Positions 23,733-37,402 of a stretch of DNA of 64,000 nucleotides are shown piece after piece. A model generated the notes under the pieces. It ran no database searches, was not told the DNA's origin, and saw nothing but the letters and a program-made list of their open reading frames with translations. The translations under genes were made by a program, and so were the position numbers. Numbering within the stretch: position 1 is the first letter of the stretch; every line of letters begins with the position of its first letter. The DNA is from Paraspadella gotoi (lineage: Eukaryota; Animalia; Chaetognatha), in NCBI GenBank assembly GCA_051294375.1, contig JBJCIZ010000028.1, positions 424,200-488,199 of the forward strand. The letters run 5' to 3'.

Positions 23733-26700
23733 TTGAGGGAGAGTTTCCAACAAAGAATAAGTTAAGGGACAGTGGTCAGATCTGAGGACAGCTGAAGGTG
23801 AGGAGAGGGAAGAAGTAAGTCTTTGAAAATGAAATGAGAGTGGGAGAGAGAGAGAGAGAGAGAGAGAGCAAAGCAAAAATTTTTAAACAATACATTTAGC
23901 AATGTACAACAGAGATAAAATGCATGAAATCTAAACATAAACTGAAATTAATGTTAACAATAGAAATAATAAGTTAGTAGAATAAAGTGGAAATTTGAAA
24001 TAGAAATAAGTGGTGAGGATAGATAAGTGAAGAAAAGTGAAAGTAAGTAAAAGAAAGAGCTCAAAAATGAGTTGAATTTTCTGTCTATCGCAAACCAACA
24101 ACATACTGATCAATACATTCCTTCGATTCGCATGCTCCCTTGTCGCACAAGCTCGCCACGGTCAGATCCCTTACCAGAAGAGCTCAGCTGATTCCGTCGA
24201 CCCCGAGCTCCAGGCCGCCGAGCTTGAGCATGTCAAAAGAGCCTTGGCGCTCAATGGTTACCCTCTGTGGGCTTACGAGAAGGCAAGGTTCCGGCTGAAC
24301 CTGGCTGAGGGCAGTGGCCACCTAGGGGCTGCCAAGTAACTGCTAACGCAAGTTCAACCTCCGCCCCCCAGGAGGACGAACGAGACCTTGCTGCTGAAGG
24401 ACCGACCGCGCCCACCACAGCGCAAGTGGGAGATAAGCAGAAGCGTCTCAGGAACGTGGGTCATGTCTCCCTCCCCTACCACCAGGGGATCACTGAAGCA
24501 CTGGTGCGGGTGCTGGCAAAGCAGGGATATCCAGTGCAGTGACGACCCGCGGCTCCTTACGTGAGCAATTGGTGAAACCGAAAGACAAAATCCCCAGACT
24601 GAAAACATCAGGAGCCGTCTACTGGGCGGCCTGTGCAGGGAAGGGCAACCAACCCTGCACAGCAGCATACGTGGGCGAGACAGGAAAGTCTCTGACAGAT
24701 CGGTTCAAGCAGCACACAAAGCCATATCGGGACCCACGTGGTCNNNNNNNNNNNNNNNNNNNNNNNNNAAAAAGCTAAAGTTAATTTTTTACTAAAGAAA
24801 AGCGAGTCTTTGAAAAAGATTATGGCTTATGCATAATATTTTTTTGGGAAAGTGTAGAATTGTCCTTTGTCTCCAAATATGTTACTAGCTTTTTTTTCAA
24901 TTATGTTAATATCATTTTTGTTGTTAATAAAAAAAATATGTTAAAGTTATGATGACGGTAGTTAGTTAGTTTTTTTTTATGATTATAGGCTACAGCTTAT
25001 TTCACATGCAATATGTTGATAACGAGTAAAACACCAATCTCCCCCCCCCTCGCCCTGAAGGAAATGCGGTCCTTAAAAACTCTCGACGGTTCGACCTCAG
25101 TTCCGGAATTAATCGCCGGAAAAAGACTCCTCATCGCCGATTTCCGTCTATTGGCCGAGATTCCCGGCAGAAACATCGAAGAAGGAGGATATTACAAGAA
25201 TCCGTTGCGGCCGGAAATTCTGTACTACGCGCCGATCGTGTTGTTTTACAGGCGAGAGAAAGGGATCGGCAAACATTCATTCATTCATTCATTCATTCAG
25301 TCAAAAAATAACGAGGCATTTCAGTTAATACTTGTTCCTCTCGGGCAAAAGTTATTTCATTTGTTTTGTCATGTGACCACCTAGAAATTCGGTCGCTGGC
25401 GATCAGTAACTTATGGGTCATAGCGTGTGTTATACTTGGTCTATTTAATGCTTCACAAATGCTTCAAAAAATTTTTATAAATTTATTAATTAAATAGCGA
25501 AATGGGTTATTTATTTTTTACCTTTTAAAATCTTTTCCACTCGGAGGATTCCATCGAAACTTGATTTCCAGCTCAAACTCACACTTTTTTAGTCGCACAC
25601 AAAATTTCAAGTAAATCGCCTCATTGATTTGCGTTCAAATCTAAGGGGCGACAGACAGACGCGACGGACGGACGGACGGACGGACGGACATCTATTTTTT
25701 TGCATAATTTATCATACTCGATTTTCTAACATGATATGATTAATTTACCGACAAGATTTTTGTGTGGAACCGACAGACCGACAAAACCGAAATGTGCTGT
25801 AAAATATTAGCGACAGGTTTTCAAAAGTCGCCGTCGACGTCGGCAGGTCTCATCTGAGACTACTTTCAAATTACCACCTCCATGCTTTCTACACTAGTTT
25901 GAAAATAGGAAAAAAAAGTAAGTTAAGTTAACTCGTCTTACATTCATCGCTTAGGCTTTACGCCATCGTAATATCGCAGCACAGGAAAAAGTTTGATTTT
26001 TTTCTATTTTAATTTTGTTTTTCTTTTTTCCAAAATTTGAGAAAAGATGAAGATTTTTTTTGGTTTTGATCTTGACTGTCGTTTTGATCGAAGGAAGGAG
26101 ACTAAAGAATAAGGTAAGTTGGACTTGAAATGGAATTGTATTTTTGTGAAGTTGATTTTAACCTTCATGGCTAACCAAAATCTGTTACCAAACAAATAAT
26201 AATAATAATAATAATATCCCTAACTCTAATGCCATACCTAGGAGCTGACGTCGTTCTTAGAATGATTTTTTCAATAGAAGATTTTCGTTCAAATCTGACT
26301 ACCAAACAATATAAACGCTCCTGGGAAAAATTCCAGTAAAAAATCGATGTAAAAACACCTTGATTCCGATCCTGTTGCATCTGAAGGGCTCGCATTTTTT
26401 TTCTCTTGTCAAATCATCAACATCTTGATATCAAACAAACCAGAACAAATAGACTGCTTCTGACGGAAAAATGTTCCATCTTTGATTTTATATAGAAATG
26501 AAAGGGTGTGGCGGTATATTCACACCGCCTCACGTCCACCATCACTCGCCACAGTCCGCCAAGTCCATTGGCTCAGAGGGGGAACACACCATCCCAGGCA
26601 TAGTGTTCCATCCACATCCTAATGACTTCCCTCTGCGTTGGCAAAGCGAGACCGTCCTAGGGTAACCGCGCCAGTGACTGGAGGCGTTCACTGAGGGTCG

Positions 26701-29700
26701 GAAGCCCCCAAAGCCAACAGTGAGATGCCCCATCTCAATGGGCATCACAGGCAACCCGGCTTTGCCATAAGGGATTTTTTCCCTTCAAGACAATATAAAC
26801 GTGATTGAGATATGTTCCAGTTTCACAAATTACGTCAAATTCAGGAATCCTCTGGCAGTCTGAAGGGCTTCTCAAAATTTTTATTTAGTTATTTTAATAT
26901 TTTAAAGTAAAAGTAAAAGAGGAGCTAACGATCGGAATTCTAAAGATTTTTCAACTGGGAGTCAGATTCGTGAAAAATCTTCTATGGTAAAATCTTCCTT
27001 AGAAGATGTGGATTTTCCGAAGATTTTGGTTAATATTTTCTATATTTATGGTCGGATTTCTTTTAAACTTAACAATAGCAATAGTGCCATCATTCTACAT
27101 TCATCATTCATATATAAGAATATATTAAAAAAAAAACCTCTGCTTTTTTCGTCACGAGCTTAGTCCTACATAATCCTAACCCTAACCCCTAACCCAAAAC
27201 TCTAGTCCCTTACCCTAATCACTAACTTAATCCCTAACCCTAATCGTCAACACTAATCCATAACCTTTAAAAACGAATTTTGGATGAAACGGGGCGTCTT
27301 GGAAAATAAGGCCCCTTTTTTCTCCCCATTCAGATAGCCACCGACGAGGACAGAGCCGCCAAGGATTACTGCATAGAACAGAATGGAATGTGCGGAGGCG
27401 ATTGTCATGTACCACTTGTTGCCCTGAATACACCTGCATCATCAACGCACGGTGATCGTTTGGTTGTGTGGTGACCCGGAATCGAGAGTTAAATCAACAA
27501 TGAATCGATAGGAATCTCGACGGAAACTGGGAAATGAGGAAATGAGGAAAATAGAAAGGCGGAAAGGCGACGCCGATGGGAAAACGTCTCAATTATAATA
27601 AATATGACATGAAATATGTATGAAGTGAGAAAAATAAAAATTTCAAAATAAAACAAAATATAAATGAAAGAATAATGAATAATTTCTTTTATTCTTTAAA
27701 CATCATACTATGACTGTAGAAGAGTATTGCATAGTTATTGAAGGTGATTAAAACATAGTATGGTGGACTAAAATCCACCAACCGTTCATCCAGCGGCCAT
27801 TGGTGCCGGAGGCAAGTCATTCGCTTCCCAACCCAAAGGTCCGGGGTTCTCGTCCGGTGGCCGCCTAGCAGTTAAGAGGGACGGGGCGCTTAACCCGCCT
27901 GTAACTCGGTGTTACAGCCTGATCCGAAGCTCAGGCACTGCTTATATTGAACGGTTCTGACGATTAACACTTATCAATAATTACTGTCTCTTCATGGGTG
28001 AGCTCAACTTCCGAACACAACAGCAACAACAACACTTTCAGGCGACATGCCTCAACCTGGCGATGCACTTTCCACCAACAACAAAAATTCACTGAAGAGA
28101 CGCAACAGACTTCTTTATACGGGAGGGGGGATGTATGGTGGACTAAAATCCACCAACCGTTCATCAGCGGCCATTGGTGCCGGAGGCAAATCATTCGCTC
28201 TCCCAACCCAAAGGTCCAGGGTTCTAGCCCGGTAGCCGCCTAGCAGTTAAGAGGGACGGGGCAGGTCTCATCTGAAATGCCTTTTTAACTACCACCTCGT
28301 GCTTTCTACACTAGTTTGAAAATAGAAAAAAAAGTAAACAAACATTGCTAATTTTTGCTTTGTTTACTCATCTTAAATGAATCGCTTAGGCTTTACACAT
28401 CGTAATATCGCAGAACAGGAAAAAGATTGATTTTTTCTATCTAATCTTTTTTTCAAAAATTGAGAGAAGATGAAGTTTTTTTTTGTTTTGATCTTTGCCA
28501 TCGTTTTGATCGAAGGAAGGAGACTGGGAAAAAAGGTAAGTTGGACTTAAAATGGAATCATATGTCTAACCAAAATTTGTTACCAAACCAATATTAATAA
28601 TAATAATCCCTAACCCTAATGCATAACTCTAACCCAAAACCCTAATCCCTTACCCTAATCACTAACTTAATCCCCAACCCTAATCGTCAGCCTAATCCAT
28701 AACCTTAAAAATGAATTTTGGATGAAACAGGCCTTTTTCTCCACTTTTAGATAGCGACCAATGAGGTCAGAGGCGCCCAGATGGACTACTGCTTATTGTC
28801 GTGGCATAGGTGCGGAGGTGATATTGTGACCCATTGTTGCCCTGGTCTCTACTGCTACCACTACCGATGGTCATTATTACGGGAATTGTTTACAAGGCCC
28901 GATCAACAATGAATGATAGGAATTTCGACGGAAGCTGGGAACTGGGAAATGAGGAAATGGGAAAATAGAAAGGCAGAAAGGCGACGCTGATGGGAAACTC
29001 TCATTCATAATAAAGATGAACTGAAGTTTTTTTTGTATGAAGTGAGAAAAAAGAAAATTTTTAAATAAAATAAATATAAATGAATAATTTCTTTTATTCT
29101 TTAAACATCATCGACTGTAGAAGAATATCGCATAGTAATTCAATATAATTGAAACATTAAGGTTGAACAAATTTTTGTTAAAAAGTGGATATGATATCAT
29201 TTTCATTTCTGGCAACGCGAGTATTCAACATGTTTCGTTTGTTGATCCGGCTCTTCTATATTCTGTACAAAGTGAACATTAGTTAATTTAGCATTGTTAT
29301 TGTGATTATTCTTTTTCATAATATTTTTATGATAATTTATACGTAATTTATCATCGAACAAGCATCGTTCGTCCATTTAGCATTTTCTTCTTTTGTAATA
29401 ATGAAATAAACGAGATTGCTCAGACAGACAGACACATAGAGAGAGAGATTAAGTATATGTGACATTTTAAAACAAGAACAAAACAAGTGTGAAATAAAAA
29501 GCAATTAATTATGCCTCACCACTCCTGCCTTGTGTGTATTTATTAAAATGACTCAGTATTTAATAAAATATTCTGCAATGATCAATGCAGAATCTGATGA
29601 TGATGCGGTCATGTGATCGTTTTTTTAGGACTGCACAAGTATTGTGCTCATTAAAGGTTTAATAGTACCTCGCTCTCTGCCTGTGAGAGTTAAATAATTA

Positions 29701-31000
29701 AAAAAATTGCTTATTTTATTATTGAAAAATAACATCAAAGTGAAGAAGTTGAATGTCTTCCGGCTCCTTTCAGTAAACATCCCTGTTCTCTTCAATAAGA
29801 TAATGTTTACTTTTTGCTGGTGGAAAAGAAGGATAAATACTTAGGCAGTGATGGGTAAATAATATTTGTAGAATTTTGTAAGCATGCTTGTAAAATCAGA
29901 CAAGCAAATATTTAGGTGAACAAAAAATTCACATTTTAGCCCTTTTTTCTTTCAGAATGCATTAAAATAAGAATTTAATTTTCATTTATTCTTATGGGGG
30001 TGTCATTAGTTTAAAATTCATTATAATTTTGACTTAGTTTGACACTCACCCTGCAAGGAGGTTTCCAGCATAAGTAATTCTAAAATTGTATCTTGTAATG
30101 TGCCCCTATGAATTTATGGCTTCATTTTGGTACTATGCCATCACCTTTATCTTTATTCTTTCAAAAGATATTAGGAAAAAATCAGTTTTTTTCTCAACCT
30201 CCTTTTAATTTCTTTTTAAATAAAAATTTCGAGATTCAAACGGACTATTTCATTTAAACTTGATCATTTTATGTCAAAATCAATTATAAAATGAAAATAA
30301 GAAAAATAGGACAAGCTCTTCAGACACAAAGCTATCGATTGCAAAATTCGAAGTCTCTCATGGAACAGGAAACATATAGCAATACCCGTTTGCAATTTTA
30401 AAGTTTGTAAACTTTCCTTTAATTTCTATAAGTAAAATATAGTAAAAATATAATATAAAAATATAGTAAAAATTCTCTGACTAATGTAGGAGTGCATTTC
30501 CCTGGCTTATTTGAGTATCAAATCCTTCATGAATTGAAAAAACGAAATAGGACAAGCCTCTCAGATGTAACGCTATCGGAACCTGTGTTGTTTACAACTG
30601 ATTATCTACCGGAATTTCTAGCGAATCGCGTTTTTGCAATTTGTGGTAGTCAGATTTGAACGGAAATCTTTATAAGAAAAATGTTGAAATCTTTTTTAAA
30701 TGCGAGAATTCTCGTCTATAGTTAAACATCCTGTTTTAAATCATTTTCTTTAAATTTCAGGTTAAATGGTAACACATTTTTTAAAGATTTGTTTTCTCAA
30801 TATGGTTGTTAAAAAATTCAAGGTAAGAAGTTATGTATATACCTCCTTTCGTTGTTTTTGAGGTATTAGGAAAAAAACAGTTTTTTGTTTTTGACAACGA
30901 TTTATTTGACACAATTTAGTCAGACATGTTTCGGCTCATTCATTTAGAGCCTTCATCAGTATTTGACAATCAATATTTTGTCTCTGTTGAAGTAAGTTTT

Positions 31001-31034
<34 letters not shown>

Positions 31035-34000
31035 TTGAGGGAAGAGTTCCAAACAAAGAATAAGTAAGGGACAGTGGTCAGATCTGAGGGACAGCTGAAG
31101 GTGAGGAGAGGGAAGAAGTAAGTCTTTGAAAAATGAAAGAGAGTGGGAGAGAGAGAGAGAGAGAGAGAGAGCAAAGCAAAAAATTTTTAAACAATACATT
31201 TAGCAATGTACAACAGAGATAAAATGCATGAAATCTAAACATAAACGAAATTAATGTTAACAATAGAAAATAATAAGTTAGTAGAATAAAGTGGAAATTT
31301 GAAATAGAAATAAGTGGTGAGGATAGATAAGTGAAGAAAAGTGAAAGTAAGTAAAAGAAAGAGCTCAAAAATGAGTTTGGAATTTTCTGTCTATCGCAAA
31401 CCAAACACATACGATCAAATACATTCCTTCGATTCGCGATGCTCCCTTGTCGCACAAGCTCGCCAGCGGTCAGATCCGCTACAGAAGAGCTCAGCTGAAT
31501 TCCGTCGACCCCGAGCTCCAGGCCGCCGAGCTTGAGCATGTCAAAAGAGCCTTGGCGCTCAAATGGTTACCCTCTGTGGGCTTACGAGAAAGGCAAGGTT
31601 CCGGCTGAACCTGGCTGAGGGCAGTGGCCACCTAGGGGCTGCCCAAGTAACTGCTAAGGCAGTCACGACCCCGCCCCCCCAGGAGGACGAACGAGACCTT
31701 GCTGCTGGAAGGACCGACCGCGCCCACCACAGCGCAAGTGGGAGATAAGCAGAAGCGTCTCAGGAACGTGGGTCATGTCTCCCTCCCCTACCACCAGGGG
31801 ATCACTGAAGCACTGGTGCGGGTGCTGGCAAAGCAGGGATATCCAGTGCAGTGACGACCCGCGGCTCCTTACGTGAGCAATTGGTGAAACCGAAAGACAA
31901 AATCCCCAGACTGAAAACATCAGGAGCCGTCTACTGGGCGGCCTGTGCAGGGAAGGGCAACCAACCCTGCACAGCAGCATACGTGGGCGAGACAGGAAAG
32001 TCTCTGACAGATCGGTTCAAGCAGCACACAAAGCCATATCGGGACCCACGTGGTCNNNNNNNNNNNNNNNNNNNNNNNNNACAGACAGACGGACGGACGG
32101 ACGGACGGACGGACGGACATCTATTTTTTTGCATAATTTATCATAACTCGATTTTCTAACATGATATGATTAATTTACCGACAAGATTTTTGTGTGGAAC
32201 CGACAGACCGACAAAACCGAAATGTGCTGTAAAATATTAGCGACAGGTTTTCAAAAAGTCGCCGTCGACGTCGGCAGGTCTCATCTGAGACTACTTTCAA
32301 ATTACCACCTCATGCTTTCTACACTAGTTTGAAAATAGGAAAAAAAAGTAAGTTAAGTTAACTCGTCTTACATTCATCGCTTAGGCTTTACGCATCGTAA
32401 TATCGCAGCACAGGAAAAAGTTTGATTTTTTCTATTTTAATTTTGTTTTTCTTTTTTCCAAAATTTGAGAAAAGATGAAGATTTTTTTGGTTTTGATCTT
32501 GACTGTCGTTTTGATCGAAGGAAGGAGACTAAAGAATAAGGTAAGTTGGACTTGAAATGGAATTGTATTTTGTGAAGTTGATTTTAACCTTCATGGCTAA
32601 CCAAAATCTGTTACCAAACAAATAATAATAATAATAATAATCCCTAACTCTAATGCATACCTAGGAGCTGACGTCGTTCTATCAGAAAGATTTTTTCAAT
32701 AGAAGATTTTCGTTCAAATCTGACTACCAAACAATATAAACGCTCCTGGGAAAAATTCCAGTAAAAAATCGATGTAAAAACACTCGCTTCCGATCCTGTT
32801 GATCTGAAGGGCTCGCATTGTTTTTTCTCTTGTCAAATCATCACTCTTGATATCAAACAAGACCAGAACAAATAGACTGCTTCTGGACGGAAAAATTTCC
32901 ATCTTGATTTTATATAGAAATGAAAGGGTGTGGCGGTATATTCACACCGCCTCACGTCCACCATCCTTCGCCACAGTCCAAGTCCATTGGCTCAGAGGGG
33001 AACACACCATCCCAGGCTAGTGTTCCATCCACAGTCTTAATGCTTCCCTCTGCGTTGGCAAAGTGAGTCCGTCCAGGGTAACCGCGCCAGTGACTGGAGG
33101 CGTCACTGAGGGTCGGAAGCCCCCAAAGCCAACAGTGAGATGCATATGGCACAAGGCAACCCGGCTGTTGCCATAAGGGATTTTTTCCCTTCAAGACAAT
33201 ATAAACGTGATTGAGATATGTTCCAGTTTCACAATTACGTCAAATTCAGGAATCCTCTGGGTAAGGGCTCTCAAAATTTTTATTTAGTTATTTTAATATT
33301 TTAAAGTAAAAGTAAAAAGGAGCTAACGATCGGAATTCTAAGATTTTTCAACTGGGAGTCAGATTCGTGAAAAATCTTCTATGGTGAAAATCTTCCTTAG
33401 AAGATGTGGATTTTCCGAAGATTTTGGTTAATATTTTCTATATTTATGGTCGGATTTCTTTTAAACTTAAAATAGCAATAGTGCCATCATTCTACATTCA
33501 TCATTCATATATAAGAATATATTAAAAAAAAAACCTGTCTTTTTTCGTCAGAGCTTAGTCCTACATAATCCTAACCCTAACCCCTAACCCAAAACTCTAG
33601 TCCCTTACCCTAATCACTAACTTAATCCCTAACCCTAATTGTCAACCTAATCCATAACCTTAAAAACGAATTTTGGATGAAACGGGGCGTCTTGGGAAAA
33701 TAAGGCCCCTTTTTCTCCCCATTCAGATAGCCACCGACGAGGACAGAGCCGCCAAGGATTACTGCATAGAACAGAATGGAATGTGCGGAGGCGATGTCAT
33801 GTACCCTTGTTGCCCTGAATACACCTGCATCATCAACGACGGTGACGTTTGGTTGTGTGGTGACCCGAATCGAGAGTTAATCAACAATGAATGATAGGAA
33901 TCTCGACGGAAACTGGGAAATGAGGAAATGATGAAAATAGAAAGGCGGAAAGGCGACGCCGATGGGAAAACGTCTCAATTCATAATAAATATGACATGAA

Positions 34001-37000
34001 ATATGTATGAAGTGAGAAAAATAAAAATTTCAAAATAAAACAAAATATCAATGAAAGAATAATGAATAATTTCTTTTATTCTTTAAACATCATACTATGA
34101 CTGTAGAAGAGTATTGCATAGTTATTGAAGGTGATTGAAACATAGTATGGTGGACTAAAATCCACCAACCGTTCATCAGCGGCCATTGGTGCCGGAGGCA
34201 AGTCATTCGCTTCCCAACCCAAAGGTCCGGGGTTCTCGTCCGGTGGCCGCCTAGCAGTTAAGAGGGACGGGGCGCTTAACCCGCCTGTAACTCGGTGTTA
34301 CAGCCTGATCCGAAGCTCAGGCACTGCTTATATTGAACGGTTCTGACATTAACACTTATCAATAATTACTGTCTCTTCATGGGTGAGCTCAACTTCCGAA
34401 CACAACAGCAACAACAACACTTTCAGGCGACATGCCTCAACCTGGCGATGCACTTTCCACCAACAACAAAAATTCACTGAAGAGACGCAACAGACTTCTT
34501 TATACGGGAGGGGGGGATGTATGGTGGACTAAAATCCACCAACCGTTCATCAGCGGCCATTGGTGCCGGAGGCAAATCATTCGTCTCCCAACCCAAAGGT
34601 CCAGGGTTCTAGCCCGGTAGCCGCCTAGCAGTTAAGAGGGACGGGGCAGGTCTCATCTGAAATGCCTTTTTAACTACCACCTCGTGCTTTCTACACTAGT
34701 TTGAAAATAGAAAAAAAAGTAAACAAACATTGCTAATTTTTGCTTTGTTTACTCATCTTAAATGAATCGCTTAGGCTTTACACATCGTAATATCGCAGAA
34801 CAGGAAAAAGATTGATTTTTTTTATCTAATCTTTTTTTCAAAAATTGAGAGAAGATGAAGTTTTTTTTTGTTTTGATCTTTGCCATCGTTTTGATCGAAG
34901 GAAGGAGACTGGGAAAAAAGGTAAGTTGGACTTAAAATAGAATCATATGTCTAACCAAAATTTGTTACCAAACCAATATTAATAATAATAATCCCTAACC
35001 CTAATGCATAACTCTAACCCAAAACCCTAATCCCTTACCCTAATCACTAACTTAATCCCCAACCCTAATCGTCAGCCTAATCCATAACCTTAAAAATGAA
35101 TTTTGGATGAAACAGGCCCTTTTTCTCCACTTTTAGATAGTGACCAATGAGGTCAGAGGCGCCCAGATGGACTACTGCTTATTGTCGTGGCATAGGTGCG
35201 GAGGTGATATTGTGACCCATTGTTGCCCTGGTCTCTACTGCTACCACTACCATGGTCATTATTACGGGAATTGTTTACAAGGCCCGATCAACAATGAATG
35301 ATAGGAATTTCGACGGAAGCTGGGAACACTGGGAAATGAGGAAATGGGAAAATAGAAAGGCAAAAAGGCGACGCTGATGGGAAACTCTCAATTCATAATA
35401 AAGATGAACTGAAGTTTTATTTGTATGAAGTGAGAAAAAAGAAAATTTTTAAATAAAATAAAATATAAATGAATAATTTCTTTTATTCTTTAAACATCAT
35501 TGACTGTAGAAGAATATCGCATAGTAATTCAATATAATTGAAACATTAAGTTGAACAAATTTTTGTTAAAAAGTGGATATGATATGATTTTCATTTCTGG
35601 CAACGCGAGTATTCAACATGTTCGTTTGTTGGATCCGGCTCTTCTATATTCTGTACAAAGTGAACATTAGTTAATTTAGCATTGTTATTGTGATTATTCT
35701 TTTTCATAATATTTTTATGATAATTTATACGTAATTTATCATCGAACAAGCATCGTTCGTCATTTAGCATTTTCTTCTTTTGTAATAATGAAATAAACGA
35801 GATTGCTCAGACAGACAGACACATAGAGAGAGAGATTAAGTATATGTGACATTTTAAAACAAGAACAAAACAAGTGTGAAATAAAAAGCAATTAATTATG
35901 CCTCACCACTCTGCCTTGTGTGTATTTATTAAAATGACTCAGTATTTAATAAAATATTCTGCAATGATCAATGCAGAATCTGATGATGATGCGGTCATGT
36001 GATCGTTTTTTAGGACTGCACAAGTATTGTGCTCATTAAAGGTTTAATAGTACCTCGCTCTCTGCCTTGTGAGAGTTAAATAATTAAAAAAATTGCTTAT
36101 TTTATTATTGAAAAATAACATCAAAGTGAAGAAGTTGAATGTCTTCCGGCTCCTTTCCGTAAACATCCCTGTTCTCTTCAATAAGATAATGTTTACTTTT
36201 TGCTGGTGGAAAAGAAGGATAAATACTTAGGGCAGGATGGGGTAAATTAATATTTGTAGAATTTTGTAAGCATGCTTGTAAAATCAGACAAAGCAAATAT
36301 TTAGGTTGAACAAAAAATTCACATTTAGCCCTTTTTTCTTTCAGAATCATTAAAAAGAATTTAATTTTCATTTATTCTTATGGGGTGTCATTAGTTTAAA
36401 AATTCATTATAATTTTGACTTAGTTGACACTCACCCTGCAAGGAGGTTCCAGCATAAGTAATTCTAAAATTGTATCTTGTATGTGCCCTATGATTATGGC
36501 TTCATTTTGGTACTATGCCATCGCCTTATCTTTATTCTCAAAAGATATTAGGAAAAATCAGTTTTTTTCTCAACCTCCTTTTTAATTTCTTTTTAAATAA
36601 AAATTTCGAGATTCAAACCGGACTATTTCATTTTAAACTTGATCATTTTATGTCAAAAATCAATTATAAATGAAAAAAGAAAATAGGACAAGCTCTTCAG
36701 ACACAAAGCTATCGGAATTGCAAAATTCGAGTCTCTCATGGAACAGGAAACATATAGCAATCCCGTTTGCAATTTTAAGTTTGTAAACTTTCCCTTTAAT
36801 TTCTATAGTAAAATATAGTAAAAAATATAATATAAAAATAAATAGTAAAAATTCTCTGACTATGAGGAGTGCATTTCCCCTGGCTTATTTGATATCAAAT
36901 CCTTCATGAAATGTGAAAAAACGAATAGGACAAGCCTCTCAGATGTAACGCTATCGGAACCTGTGTTTTTACAACTGATTTCTACCGGATTTTCTAGCAA

Positions 37001-37368
37001 TCGCGTTTGCAATTTGAGGGTAGTCAGATTTGAACGGAAATCTTATAAGAAAAATGTTGAATCTTTTTTAAATCGAGATTCTCGTCTATAGTTAAACATC
37101 CTGTTTTAAATCATTTTCTTTAAATTTTCAGGTTAAATGGTAAAAGCATTTTTTAAAGATTTGTTTTTCAATATGGTTGTTAAAAAATTCAAGGTAAGAA
37201 GTTATGTAATAATACCTCCTTTCGTTGTTTTTGAGGTATTAGGAAAAAACAGTTTTTGTTTGACAACGATTTATTTGACACAATTTAGTCAGACATGTTC
37301 GGCTCATTCATTTAGAGCCTTCATCAGTATTTGACAATCAATATTTGTCTCTGTTGAAGTAAGTTTTT

Positions 37369-37402
<34 letters not shown>

